Below are positions 55,408 to 63,750 of a stretch of 64,000 bases of DNA, in pieces; position 1 is the stretch's first letter; every line of letters starts with the position of its first letter. Source of the stretch: an uncultured Clostridia bacterium (GTDB taxonomy: Bacteria; Bacillota; Clostridia; Oscillospirales; CAG-272); assembly GCA_947627475.1 (NCBI GenBank), contig CANQWE010000003.1, forward strand, positions 1,005 to 65,004. Direction: 5' to 3'. Made by a program: the position numbers and the translations under genes. Below the pieces are notes generated by a model. The model saw only the letters and a program-made list of their open reading frames with translations, was not told the DNA's origin and made no database searches.

Positions 55408-57252
55408 ATGACAACAAAGAAAAGTACGAAACGCGCACTGCTGTCCAGTGTTCTGGCTACCGTGCTGTGCGCAGCAATGCTGATCGGTACGACCTTTGCA
55501 TGGTTTACCGACAGCGTGACATCCGGCAAAAACAAGATAGTTGCTGGGAATCTGGATATAGAGCTGTACCAGGTCGAGGGTAGCACGGAAACCCCTGTGA
55601 CAGCAGATACCAATCTGTTCCGGGAGGATGCGCTGTGGGAGCCTGGACATGTAGAGGTAGTCACTTTGAAGATGGCCAACCTGGGCACACTGGCATTGGA
55701 ATATGCGCTGGATATATCCATTGCAAATGAAACAGCCGGCACAAATGCAGCCGGAGATCCTTTCCGGCTTTCTGATTATATTCAGTTCGCTGCTGTTGAC
55801 GGGAACAATACATATGCAACCCGAGAACAGGCGATTGCGGCCGCAGAGGCAGCCGGCTCCACACCTATTTCCCAGTTGGCAGCGGGGAAAAGCGGCGTAC
55901 TGTATCCTGCAGACAAAGCCACTGCTGAAAATCCTGCATTGGAATATGTTACGCTGATCGTTTATATGCCCGAGACTGTCGGAAACGAAGCCAACTACAA
56001 AACCGGCACGACTGCGCCCACCATTGATATGGGTATTTCCCTGCTGGCTACACAGACGCCCTATGAGGCAGACAGCTTTGATCAGAAGTATGACGATAAA
56101 GCCGGCGAACTGAATTTCACAGAGCCTGGGGACTATACGGTTGACCTGGACGAGACACCCGCATACGGCAACGGCGATTATGGCGTAATCCAGGCGCAAA
56201 AGGATGTAACAGTCAATATTACCGGCAGCGGTGCGGTCAAGGCGCAGGAAAGTTCGGACAAATATGCAATGGCCGTGGCCGCGTATGAGGGAGGCACTGT
56301 CAATATCTATGGCGGTACCTATACACAGGAAATTACCGGTTCAGATGAACAGTATGACATGATTTATGCTGCGTACGGCGGAAATATCAATATTTACGGC
56401 GGTACCTTTAAGAGCGTCACACCCAAGTGGACATTGAACGTCCGGGACGCGGATTACCAGAGCGGCGCGTCAAAAATTACTGTGTACGGAGGGACCTTCT
56501 ATAAATATAACCCGGCCCAGAGCGATACAGAACCCGGCGGCCCAGTGAGCTATGTTGCAGACGGCTACACTGTTATACAAAACGGGGATTGGTATACTGT
56601 AGTAAAAGCAGCAGTTGACAGCGCAGAGGCGCTAAAAGACGCAATTGCAAGTGCAAATGACGGGGATACCATCGTTCTGACGAAGGACATAGAGCTGACT
56701 ACATCCGCGCGTACCATCGATAAAAACATTACCTTCGACGCCCAGGGGAATACAATTTCCGGTGTACCCATGTATATTGGCAGTACAAACAATGTCACCG
56801 TGAAGAATGCCGTGTTTGACAACGCGAAGGGAACGAAGGAATCCTGTGTTTATGTAAATAATACCAGCGGCATAAATGTTTTTGAAAACTGCGTGTTTGA
56901 AAATACCAATTGGGATGTCATTCAAATGACCGGCAACATTGAAGGGGCACAGCTGGTTGTCAACAACTGTACTTTTGCCAATGCTGCACAGCGGTATATC
57001 CATGTGGAAGCTTTGGAAAACGGCAGTCCGGATTATAATACAAATGTAAAAGTTACCATTACCAATAACACATTTGGGCAAAATCCTACCGGCAATGATG
57101 CAATTGGTCTGTATTACATAGCTGACGCAGGTATTACTGCATATAACAATACATTTGCATCAGAAGAACCTACAATATATATCTGCAGCGCATCCATTTC
57201 TCCGTCCATTTCTCAGGAGGACGCCATCGCGATGTTTACTGCAAAAAAGTAA
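55408..57252 (+). CDS. TasA-like N-terminal domain fused to beta-helix C-terminal domain
   Basis: MTTKKSTKRALLSSVLATVLCAAMLIGTTFAWFTDSV. C-terminal repeats ENCVF and NNCTF, plus IYGGT repeats. Confidence 0.8.
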   Translation: MTTKKSTKRALLSSVLATVLCAAMLIGTTFAWFTDSVTSGKNKIVAGNLDIELYQVEGSTETPVTADTNLFREDALWEPGHVEVVTLKMANLGTLALEYALDISIANETAGTNAAGDPFRLSDYIQFAAVDGNNTYATREQAIAAAEAAGSTPISQLAAGKSGVLYPADKATAENPALEYVTLIVYMPETVGNEANYKTGTTAPTIDMGISLLATQTPYEADSFDQKYDDKAGELNFTEPGDYTVDLDETPAYGNGDYGVIQAQKDVTVNITGSGAVKAQESSDKYAMAVAAYEGGTVNIYGGTYTQEITGSDEQYDMIYAAYGGNINIYGGTFKSVTPKWTLNVRDADYQSGASKITVYGGTFYKYNPAQSDTEPGGPVSYVADGYTVIQNGDWYTVVKAAVDSAEALKDAIASANDGDTIVLTKDIELTTSARTIDKNITFDAQGNTISGVPMYIGSTNNVTVKNAVFDNAKGTKESCVYVNNTSGINVFENCVFENTNWDVIQMTGNIEGAQLVVNNCTFANAAQRYIHVEALENGSPDYNTNVKVTITNNTFGQNPTGNDAIGLYYIADAGITAYNNTFASEEPTIYICSASISPSISQEDAIAMFTAKK

Positions 57253-57555
57253 GCGGCTTGAAAATCTGACCCGCATCCCCCTATAGGGGATGCAGGGATC
57301 CAAGGGCATAGATTTGTTGTGCCTTTGGATCCCCGAAGGCGGGAAAACACAGGAGGTTTCATTGTTATGAAACATGTACAAATGGTAAAAATTTCCAACG
57401 GGGGGGGGGCTGTCAATCCCCACAGTTAGGCAAATTGCCTGATCTACCGGGGAAATGTTACAAAGTACAATAGATGCACTCCGATTTTGACGGCATTTTT
57501 CGGAGGCGTCTTGTCCCGGAAAAAGCCGACAAAATACCATAAAAGGAGTGTCAAA
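57253..57555 (+). repeat. Conserved leader module, copy E
   Basis: Hairpin 1 GCATCCCC-CTATA-GGGGATGC, hairpin 2 (57295..57333), mini-ORF, G10 (57400..57409) and the hairpin AGATGC..CTCCGA/TCGGAG..GCGTCT. Confidence 0.85.
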
Positions 57556-59022
57556 ATGACGACAAGGAAAAGTACGAAACGCGCACTGCTGTCCAGTGTT
57601 CTGGCTACCGTGCTGTGCGCAGCAATGCTGATCGGTACGACCTTTGCATGGTTTACCGACAGTGTAATCAGTGGGAAAAATCGGATTGTCGCGGGAAACC
57701 TGGACGTAGATCTTATAATGGATAAGCTGGACGGAGAAGGGTACGTAAGTATCGCCGACGGAGAGGGAGACATTTTTCAGGAAGCGGACGTTGCGCAGAA
57801 TAGCAACGCCACCCTTTGGGAGCCCGGCAAAACGCAAATTGTGTATCTTGGCGTGCAAAATAAGGGAAGCCTTGCACTGAAATACAATATTTTGCTGCAG
57901 GTGACGGATGGCGGTCTAATTGGTTCTTTGGAATACGCTGTAATTGATGGAATCAAGGCTGCAGATTTAACAGCGGCAAACTGGACAGAGTTGAAAGCGG
58001 CTGCATCCAGCACCGGTGATATTGCTGCCGGTAGCATGATCGCTGCACCAAACGGCTGCCTGGATGAGATTGTAAACGGACAGGCAAATGAAACCGATTA
58101 TTTTGCCTTGGCGGTACATATGAAGGAAGAAGCCGGCAATCAGTACCAGGCCAAAGACATTACTATTGATCTGACGGTAGTCGCAACCCAGGCTACAGCA
58201 GAGAGTGACAGCTTTGACAATCAATATGACAAGGAAGCGCCGTTGGATTTTGTTCCGGTTGCAAACGCAGATGAACTGCAAAATGCCATCGATGCGGGAA
58301 AGGCCGTTTCACTCACAGCGCCTGTGGAATTGGAAGGCGCTTTGCAGGCAACCGGCGATGTTACGATTAACGGAAACGGAAATGCGCTTACCATCCCCAG
58401 TGGTACCGACCGTGTGATCAATATTACCGGGACAGAGAATCCTGTTACCATTGCTTTGTCCAATGTAGATATTCAGGGCCCCACTACCGGGTCATACACA
58501 AGAGGTATTTCTATCTATGACGCGAAAAAAGTGAAGCTGGTTATGGACAATTGTTCTCTCTCTGCCAACTACTACGCCCTCAATGTGGCAAGCGCAAGCG
58601 ATGAGGCAGAGGTTGTAATTCGTAATTCCACATTATCCGGATGGTGTGCCTTCCAGACACATTCTCCCAACGCAAATGTGACATTTGAAAACTGCACATT
58701 GGTTGGATTGAACGATAAGGGATATAATGCAGAGGGCTGGAATGATTTTGCAACGGTTGTAATAAACGAATTTAGTGAAGGCAATCCCGATCCAGAGGGA
58801 GCCCACGATGGCACCTTTACATTTAAAAATTGCCGGATTGAAGCCAATCAGACTACAGGGAACAAACAATATTTTCTGTCTGTCAGAGCAAAAAATACCA
58901 CATTAATTGCTGAAAACTGTACTTTTTATGTTGATGGAGAAAGAATCAGTCAGGACAAAGTGCCCGACTATGTTGCGGTTTATCCGGAAGTAATGGAGAG
59001 TTTTCAGTTTACATTACGGTAA
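57556..59022 (+). CDS. TasA-like N-terminal domain fused to beta-helix C-terminal domain
   Basis: MTTRKSTKRALLSSVLATVLCAAMLIGTTFAWFTDSV. C-terminal repeats MDNCSL, RNSTL, ENCTL, KNCRI and ENCTF. Confidence 0.8.
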   Translation: MTTRKSTKRALLSSVLATVLCAAMLIGTTFAWFTDSVISGKNRIVAGNLDVDLIMDKLDGEGYVSIADGEGDIFQEADVAQNSNATLWEPGKTQIVYLGVQNKGSLALKYNILLQVTDGGLIGSLEYAVIDGIKAADLTAANWTELKAAASSTGDIAAGSMIAAPNGCLDEIVNGQANETDYFALAVHMKEEAGNQYQAKDITIDLTVVATQATAESDSFDNQYDKEAPLDFVPVANADELQNAIDAGKAVSLTAPVELEGALQATGDVTINGNGNALTIPSGTDRVINITGTENPVTIALSNVDIQGPTTGSYTRGISIYDAKKVKLVMDNCSLSANYYALNVASASDEAEVVIRNSTLSGWCAFQTHSPNANVTFENCTLVGLNDKGYNAEGWNDFATVVINEFSEGNPDPEGAHDGTFTFKNCRIEANQTTGNKQYFLSVRAKNTTLIAENCTFYVDGERISQDKVPDYVAVYPEVMESFQFTLR

Positions 59023-59201
59023 TGGATGGAAGACATAGGATTTTTAATATATAGAAGTCTGCAAGTTACACCATCCATAGGAGTTAAAATCTACGACAAA
59101 TATTCCCAAGCCTCTATAGAGGCTTGGGAGGCAATCAAAGGGTATAATATCCATTGTGTCCTTTGATTGCCTTGACGCTGGCGGAAAGGGGAGCAAATAC
59201 A

Positions 59202-59945
59202 TTGAGAAACTTATTGAAATTCCGAACCAAAGAGAAACCTACTGATGATAATATCATGCGGCTGATCCTGCCCACTGTTTGGGGGATCGTTCTCTGCATG
59301 GCTTGTTTGTGCGGCACCACCTGGGCGTGGTTTTCCGGAGTAATGGCATCCGGTACAGCTACCGTGCAGGCGGCGAACTATGCGGTCAGTGCAAAGGTGA
59401 CCGACGCATCCGGTACAGAGGTGTCTGCGCAGAGAAACGATACATTTACACTGGCCGCGGAAAAAAGCTATACAGTGGAACTTACTGTAGTGGGAACAGT
59501 CGAGAAAACTGCCGGCTACTGCAGGGTCACCTATCAGGATAAGCAGTATTATACTGGTGCCATGGAAAAAGGCGATACAATACAGTTTTCTGTGTCTGCC
59601 GGAGCAGAAGGAGGCACACTGTCTGTTTTGGGCCTTTGGGGAACTTACAGCGGAGAGGTCACGCTGTCGGCGGGGAATACCATTATGGGCAGAACCGGAA
59701 CGAATCAGGTTCCTTCCAATAGCGAACCTGCCATGTCTGCAGATACATCAGCAGATACCCCGCAAGCCGAGGTGACAACGGCTGACACGGAAAAAGACGA
59801 GACGGGCACAGAGGAGACGTCAGCGCCTGTAGATGAAACCACCCAGGCACCGGAAGATACAACCGGTACTTCTCAAGAAACTACCGGAGCAGAGGAAGAC
59901 ACCACCCAGACAGAACCCTTAGGCGAGACAACATCCATACAATAA
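59202..59945 (+). CDS. Small SipW-type-signal protein with acidic Thr/Glu-rich tail
   Basis: ..ILPTVWGIVLCMACLCGTTWAWFSGVMAS junction. The C-terminal 70 aa are low-complexity T/E/D-rich. The start is uncertain: TTG 59202 after GGGGAG, or ATG 59256. Confidence 0.6.
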   Translation: MRNLLKFRTKEKPTDDNIMRLILPTVWGIVLCMACLCGTTWAWFSGVMASGTATVQAANYAVSAKVTDASGTEVSAQRNDTFTLAAEKSYTVELTVVGTVEKTAGYCRVTYQDKQYYTGAMEKGDTIQFSVSAGAEGGTLSVLGLWGTYSGEVTLSAGNTIMGRTGTNQVPSNSEPAMSADTSADTPQAEVTTADTEKDETGTEETSAPVDETTQAPEDTTGTSQETTGAEEDTTQTEPLGETTSIQ

Positions 59946-59979
59946 AAAAGCAGACCGGTTGCAGCCGGTCTGCTTTTTT
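59944..59979. terminator. Bidirectional intrinsic terminator ending the fibre operon
   Basis: AAAAAAGCAGACCGG-TTGCAG-CCGGTCTGCTTTTTT. Confidence 0.85.
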
Positions 59980-59998
59980 GGGACAATGAATCAGGACA

Positions 59999-61387
59999 TC
60001 AAATGGTCACATCGCAGCACTGAAAGTCGGAGTCAATATTGTTGGCGAAAACTCTTACCCTAAAGTTGCGCTGATTGCACATTGCTGTGGGAGATCCGCC
60101 GGAAACATCCAGGTCCTCAGGCAGGACAAACTTAATACATTTTACCAGCACGTCCCGGCATGTGGGATATTGGTGTGCTGGTACTGTCAGGGTTTTCATC
60201 CCCCGCGGGTGTTCTCCGCCCTGATCGTCAATTTCTGTAAGCACAACAGCCAGCGCAACCCGGCGATTCGGGCAAACATTTCGAACATTCACATCTACCT
60301 GAAGAATTCTGCCCAGGGACTCCAGATACGTGTCTCCCAGGTCATAAATCACCGAGTCCTGGCATCCGTTTATTTCAAGATCTACTGGGGTAGGACAGGG
60401 CTCCGGCCGTACCACGATCCCACAGTCCACTTCTACGGTGGGGGCGGGGAAGTTGGCTTGGTTCATCTCATCATCTGTATAGGTGATAGATGCATTGACC
60501 AGCTTGGTGCCGGATGTGTCGGCAACGTGCCGGATGAGAAATTCCAGCGTGGCGCCTTCTCCCGCGGTAGTTCCCAGCTCGTCTATGGTCCACCTTAACG
60601 TGTTTGTGCTCACAAGGTTGGCGCTTCCCTTGGTAGGTGCCAGAATACTGGTAATCACAAAATCCGGGTTCACCACTTCGTCAATAACAATGTTGGTGGC
60701 GCCCGGGTTGGAGATGTTTGCTGCCAGATCCGCAAACAAATCCTCCAGGGCCGCTTCATCCGGTGTGATGGCTACATGAGAGGTGTCTGGGTCGGTGGCC
60801 CATTCGTTCAGTTCTGCCGGATCGATCCCATCTGCCCCGATAAGCCCGATACAGTATATGGTGATCCCCGCTGCTCTGGCGGCAGCCGCCACAGGATTCG
60901 GGTTGGGTCCGGCGGTGGTTTTTCCATCGGTGAACATGACGATCACCTTTGCATTGGTAGAGGCCGGGTCAAACAGTGCCGTCGCCTGCGCAAATGCATC
61001 GGCGTGATTGGTAGAACCCCCTGCGCTCAGACTGTTTACCGCAGCCTTCAGGGTAGCCACAGATGTGATCAGCTGTGTGTTCTGCACGGCGGTATCTGCA
61101 AAGCTCACAATGCCGATCCGGCTGCCGGAGCCGATGTTGCCGTCAGGGGCGCCGTCCGTAGCCTCGTCGATGATATCGATAAACGTATTCGCTCCTGACT
61201 TCATGTTGGCGAGGGGAGTGCCTGCCATACTGCCGGAACGGTCCAAAATCAGAACGATATCTGTGGGATTGCTGCTGATATCCGGGGACGCGGCCAAGGC
61301 CAAGGTAACCCGCAGAGAACCGTAGCAGTCAATTTGATTTGTGCTAATGGTTTTATTTGCATTGGTAAGTCCCATTTTGCTTTCCAT
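59999..61387 (-). CDS. VWA-domain protein with DUF11-like repeat and Cys-rich C-terminal domain, no signal peptide
   Basis: MIDAS LILDRSGSM..., TDG. A central NIVIDEVVNPDFV...TLRWTI..L segment looks like a conserved repeat domain. The last 150 aa contain 10 Cys and end FQCCDVTI. The start may be the ATG at 61375. Confidence 0.7.
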   Translation of the reverse strand: MESKMGLTNANKTISTNQIDCYGSLRVTLALAASPDISSNPTDIVLILDRSGSMAGTPLANMKSGANTFIDIIDEATDGAPDGNIGSGSRIGIVSFADTAVQNTQLITSVATLKAAVNSLSAGGSTNHADAFAQATALFDPASTNAKVIVMFTDGKTTAGPNPNPVAAAARAAGITIYCIGLIGADGIDPAELNEWATDPDTSHVAITPDEAALEDLFADLAANISNPGATNIVIDEVVNPDFVITSILAPTKGSANLVSTNTLRWTIDELGTTAGEGATLEFLIRHVADTSGTKLVNASITYTDDEMNQANFPAPTVEVDCGIVVRPEPCPTPVDLEINGCQDSVIYDLGDTYLESLGRILQVDVNVRNVCPNRRVALAVVLTEIDDQGGEHPRGMKTLTVPAHQYPTCRDVLVKCIKFVLPEDLDVSGGSPTAMCNQRNFRVRVFANNIDSDFQCCDVTI

Positions 61388-61620
61388 TCCTTTCTATACT
61401 ATCCTGCAGGGATACTGCAAAATAGAGCGTGGAAAAGAATATTGTGGATACAAATTGCTTTCCACGCTGTGTTCCTGTATTTTCAGGCTGCCTTTCGCGC
61501 AGCCTTATTGTCATCATATGCTGATAAACGTGGTGCAGTGTACCCATCAGTATCGACTTCAGTCCCATTTTGTGCTATACTATATAAAAACACTTAATGA
61601 AATACAGGGGGAAAACGCAT

Positions 61621-61968
61621 ATGCAACTACTTCTGATCGTTCTGAATAAAACAGAAAAGCTCAATTCGCTCCTGGACGCCTGGATGGAGCAGGGAATCGG
61701 GGGAGCTACTGTACTGAAAAGCTCCGGTATGGTACGCATACTGGCAAAAAATATAGAGCAATACCCGATTGTGGGATCTCTGCGGCGGATGCTTACAGAT
61801 ATAGATGAGCGCAAAGACAGCCGTACGATTTTTATGGCCCTGCAGGACGAAAAGATTGAAGCGGCAAAAGCAGTAGTACGCGGGGTTGTAGGGGATCTTT
61901 CCCAGCCAGACACCGCTGTTATGTTTACGCTGCCGGTGCTTTCTGTGGAAGGGGTGGACCTGCTTTGA
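61621..61968 (+). CDS. PII-like small regulatory protein
   Basis: MQLLLIVLNKTEKLNSLLDAWMEQGIGGATVL.. is a ferredoxin-like PII-family pattern. It is coupled to the downstream antiporter. Confidence 0.55.
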   Translation: MQLLLIVLNKTEKLNSLLDAWMEQGIGGATVLKSSGMVRILAKNIEQYPIVGSLRRMLTDIDERKDSRTIFMALQDEKIEAAKAVVRGVVGDLSQPDTAVMFTLPVLSVEGVDLL

Positions 61969-63179
61969 CCTTCACCATCCTGTTTTATCTGTCTGTTATA
62001 CTGTTTGGGGGACTGATTATGGGCCGGGCAGTGAAGCTGATCCGCCTGCCCAACGTGACCGGATACCTGCTTGCGGGACTACTGCTTGGCCCCTGCGTAC
62101 TGGGATTTCTGCCTGCCGGCTTTGTTCATGAAATGGAACTGGTGTCGGAAATGGCACTGGCTCTGATCGCACTGACCATCGGAGCAGAATTTGAATTTTC
62201 CTATTTAAAAAAGGTGGGCATTGCACCGCTGATCATAGCTTTGCTGGAGGCATTCGGCGCTATGTTTTTGGTATGCGCGGTGTTGCTTGTCTTGGGATTT
62301 GATATAGAAGTGTCTTTGCTGTTGGGGGCCATTGCTTCTGCCACTGCTCCTGCAGCCACAGTAATGGTGGTGAAGCAGTATAAGGCAAAGGGCCCGGTTA
62401 CGGAGACGCTTCTCAGCGTTGTGGCGTTGGACGACGCCGTAGCGCTGATCGCGTTTGGTATCGCCATGGCCGTTGTGAATACCCTGCAGAATCCTGGGGA
62501 GGTATCGATGGTATGGGCGGTGGCAAAGCCCTTTGTGGAAATACTGGGATCCGCGGTGATTGGGATTGCGCTGGGGCTCTTATTCCGGATCCCCCTGCGG
62601 TTTTTCAAAAAATCCTCAAACCGGCTGATTATCACACTGGCGTTTACTTTCCTGGGAACATCGCTGGCATCGATGCTGGGGTTGTCCTCTTTGCTGCTGT
62701 GTATGTTTATGGGGGCAACCCTGATCAACTTGTGTTCGGACGGCGCAGATATCCTGGAAATTGCCGACACCATAACGCCTCCCATTTATCTCATGTTTTT
62801 CGTTATATCGGGTGCGGAGCTTAATCTGTTTATCTTGCCTCAGATCGGGTTGCTGGGAATCGCGTATATAATAGCCCGCGTGGCAGGAAAGATCGGAGGC
62901 GCTTCACTTGGCGCGGTCATTGCCCATTCCAAACCTACCGTGCGCAAGTATATCGGCCTTACCCTGATCCCACAGGCAGGAGTGGCCATTGGTCTGTCCC
63001 TTATGGCGGCCAAGGCCCTGCCGGATATCGGGGAAACGATTCAGGCGGTGATTCTCTGCGGTACCCTGATATATGAGCTGACCGGTCCCGTCTGTACCAA
63101 GCTGGCCCTCATCCGGGCAGGAGAAATCCAGCGCGGGTCAAAAAAAGAGAAAGAATCTACTATAGGAGCATCCAAATGA
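61965..63179 (+). CDS. Cation:proton antiporter (CPA2-type Na+/H+ or K+/H+ exchanger family)
   Basis: 404-aa protein with about 12 TM segments. ..LPNVTGYLLAGLLLGP.. is the typical N-terminal motif. The TTG start overlaps the upstream stop. Confidence 0.8.
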   Translation: MTFTILFYLSVILFGGLIMGRAVKLIRLPNVTGYLLAGLLLGPCVLGFLPAGFVHEMELVSEMALALIALTIGAEFEFSYLKKVGIAPLIIALLEAFGAMFLVCAVLLVLGFDIEVSLLLGAIASATAPAATVMVVKQYKAKGPVTETLLSVVALDDAVALIAFGIAMAVVNTLQNPGEVSMVWAVAKPFVEILGSAVIGIALGLLFRIPLRFFKKSSNRLIITLAFTFLGTSLASMLGLSSLLLCMFMGATLINLCSDGADILEIADTITPPIYLMFFVISGAELNLFILPQIGLLGIAYIIARVAGKIGGASLGAVIAHSKPTVRKYIGLTLIPQAGVAIGLSLMAAKALPDIGETIQAVILCGTLIYELTGPVCTKLALIRAGEIQRGSKKEKESTIGASK

Positions 63180-63715
63180 AATTACTGCTGCATACGTGCT
63201 GCGCGCCGTGTTCCATCAAGTGTATTGAAACCTTGCGCGGCGAGGGGATCGATCCAGATCTGTACTGGTTTAACCCCAATATCCATCCCTTTACGGAATA
63301 CCGCAGCCGCAGGGATACCCTTGTAACATATGCCGCGTCTGTAAAGGCGCCTCTGTATTTGGAGGATACATATGGGCTGCGTTCTTTTGTGGCAGCTGTT
63401 TCGCCGGACTTTGAAAGTCGCTGCGCATACTGCTACAGCGTGCGTATGTCGGCCGCTGCCCGGTGGGCGGCGGAGCACGGGTACGATGGATTTTCTACGA
63501 CGCTGCTGATCAGCCCCTATCAGAATCATGAGGGGATTTGTGAGGCGGCTCGGCAAGCCGGCCAGGAGTACGGGGTCTCGTTTGTGTATCGGGATTTTCG
63601 GCCGTATTTCCGGGAGGGACAGCAGGCTGCCAGGGACTTGGGGCTGTATATGCAGAAATATTGTGGCTGCATTTTCAGCGAGGAAGACCGCTATAGAAAG
63701 AAAAAGAAAAAATAA
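63176..63715 (+). CDS. queH: Epoxyqueuosine reductase QueH
   Basis: LLLHTCCAPCS...NPNIHP..EY..R and YCGCIFS are signature Cys motifs of DUF208/QueH. Confidence 0.85.
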   Translation: MKLLLHTCCAPCSIKCIETLRGEGIDPDLYWFNPNIHPFTEYRSRRDTLVTYAASVKAPLYLEDTYGLRSFVAAVSPDFESRCAYCYSVRMSAAARWAAEHGYDGFSTTLLISPYQNHEGICEAARQAGQEYGVSFVYRDFRPYFREGQQAARDLGLYMQKYCGCIFSEEDRYRKKKKK

Positions 63716-63721
63716 AAGTTA

Positions 63722-63750
63722 TTAAAAGAGGGGTACATCCTCTCTTTATT
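63722..63750. terminator. Hairpin between convergent genes
   Basis: AGAGGGGTACATCCTCTCT is flanked by A/T runs. Confidence 0.5.

Noticed and set aside
50614-57333. First hairpin after each paralog as a classical rho-independent terminator.
   Set aside because: The stems are strong, but none is followed by a T-tract. The second conserved hairpin follows immediately instead.
48863-57555. Repeated leader modules as a CRISPR-like or tandem-repeat array.
   Set aside because: The units are 200-300 nt long, are separated by complete genes of 1.4-1.8 kb, and are not short direct repeats with unique spacers. No cas genes are present.
53825-57858. Minus-strand ORFs of 334, 389 and 232 aa across the paralog array and its leaders.
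   Set aside because: They are antisense to well-supported genes and run through conserved leader hairpins. Parts of their translations mirror each other only because the plus-strand repeats are conserved.
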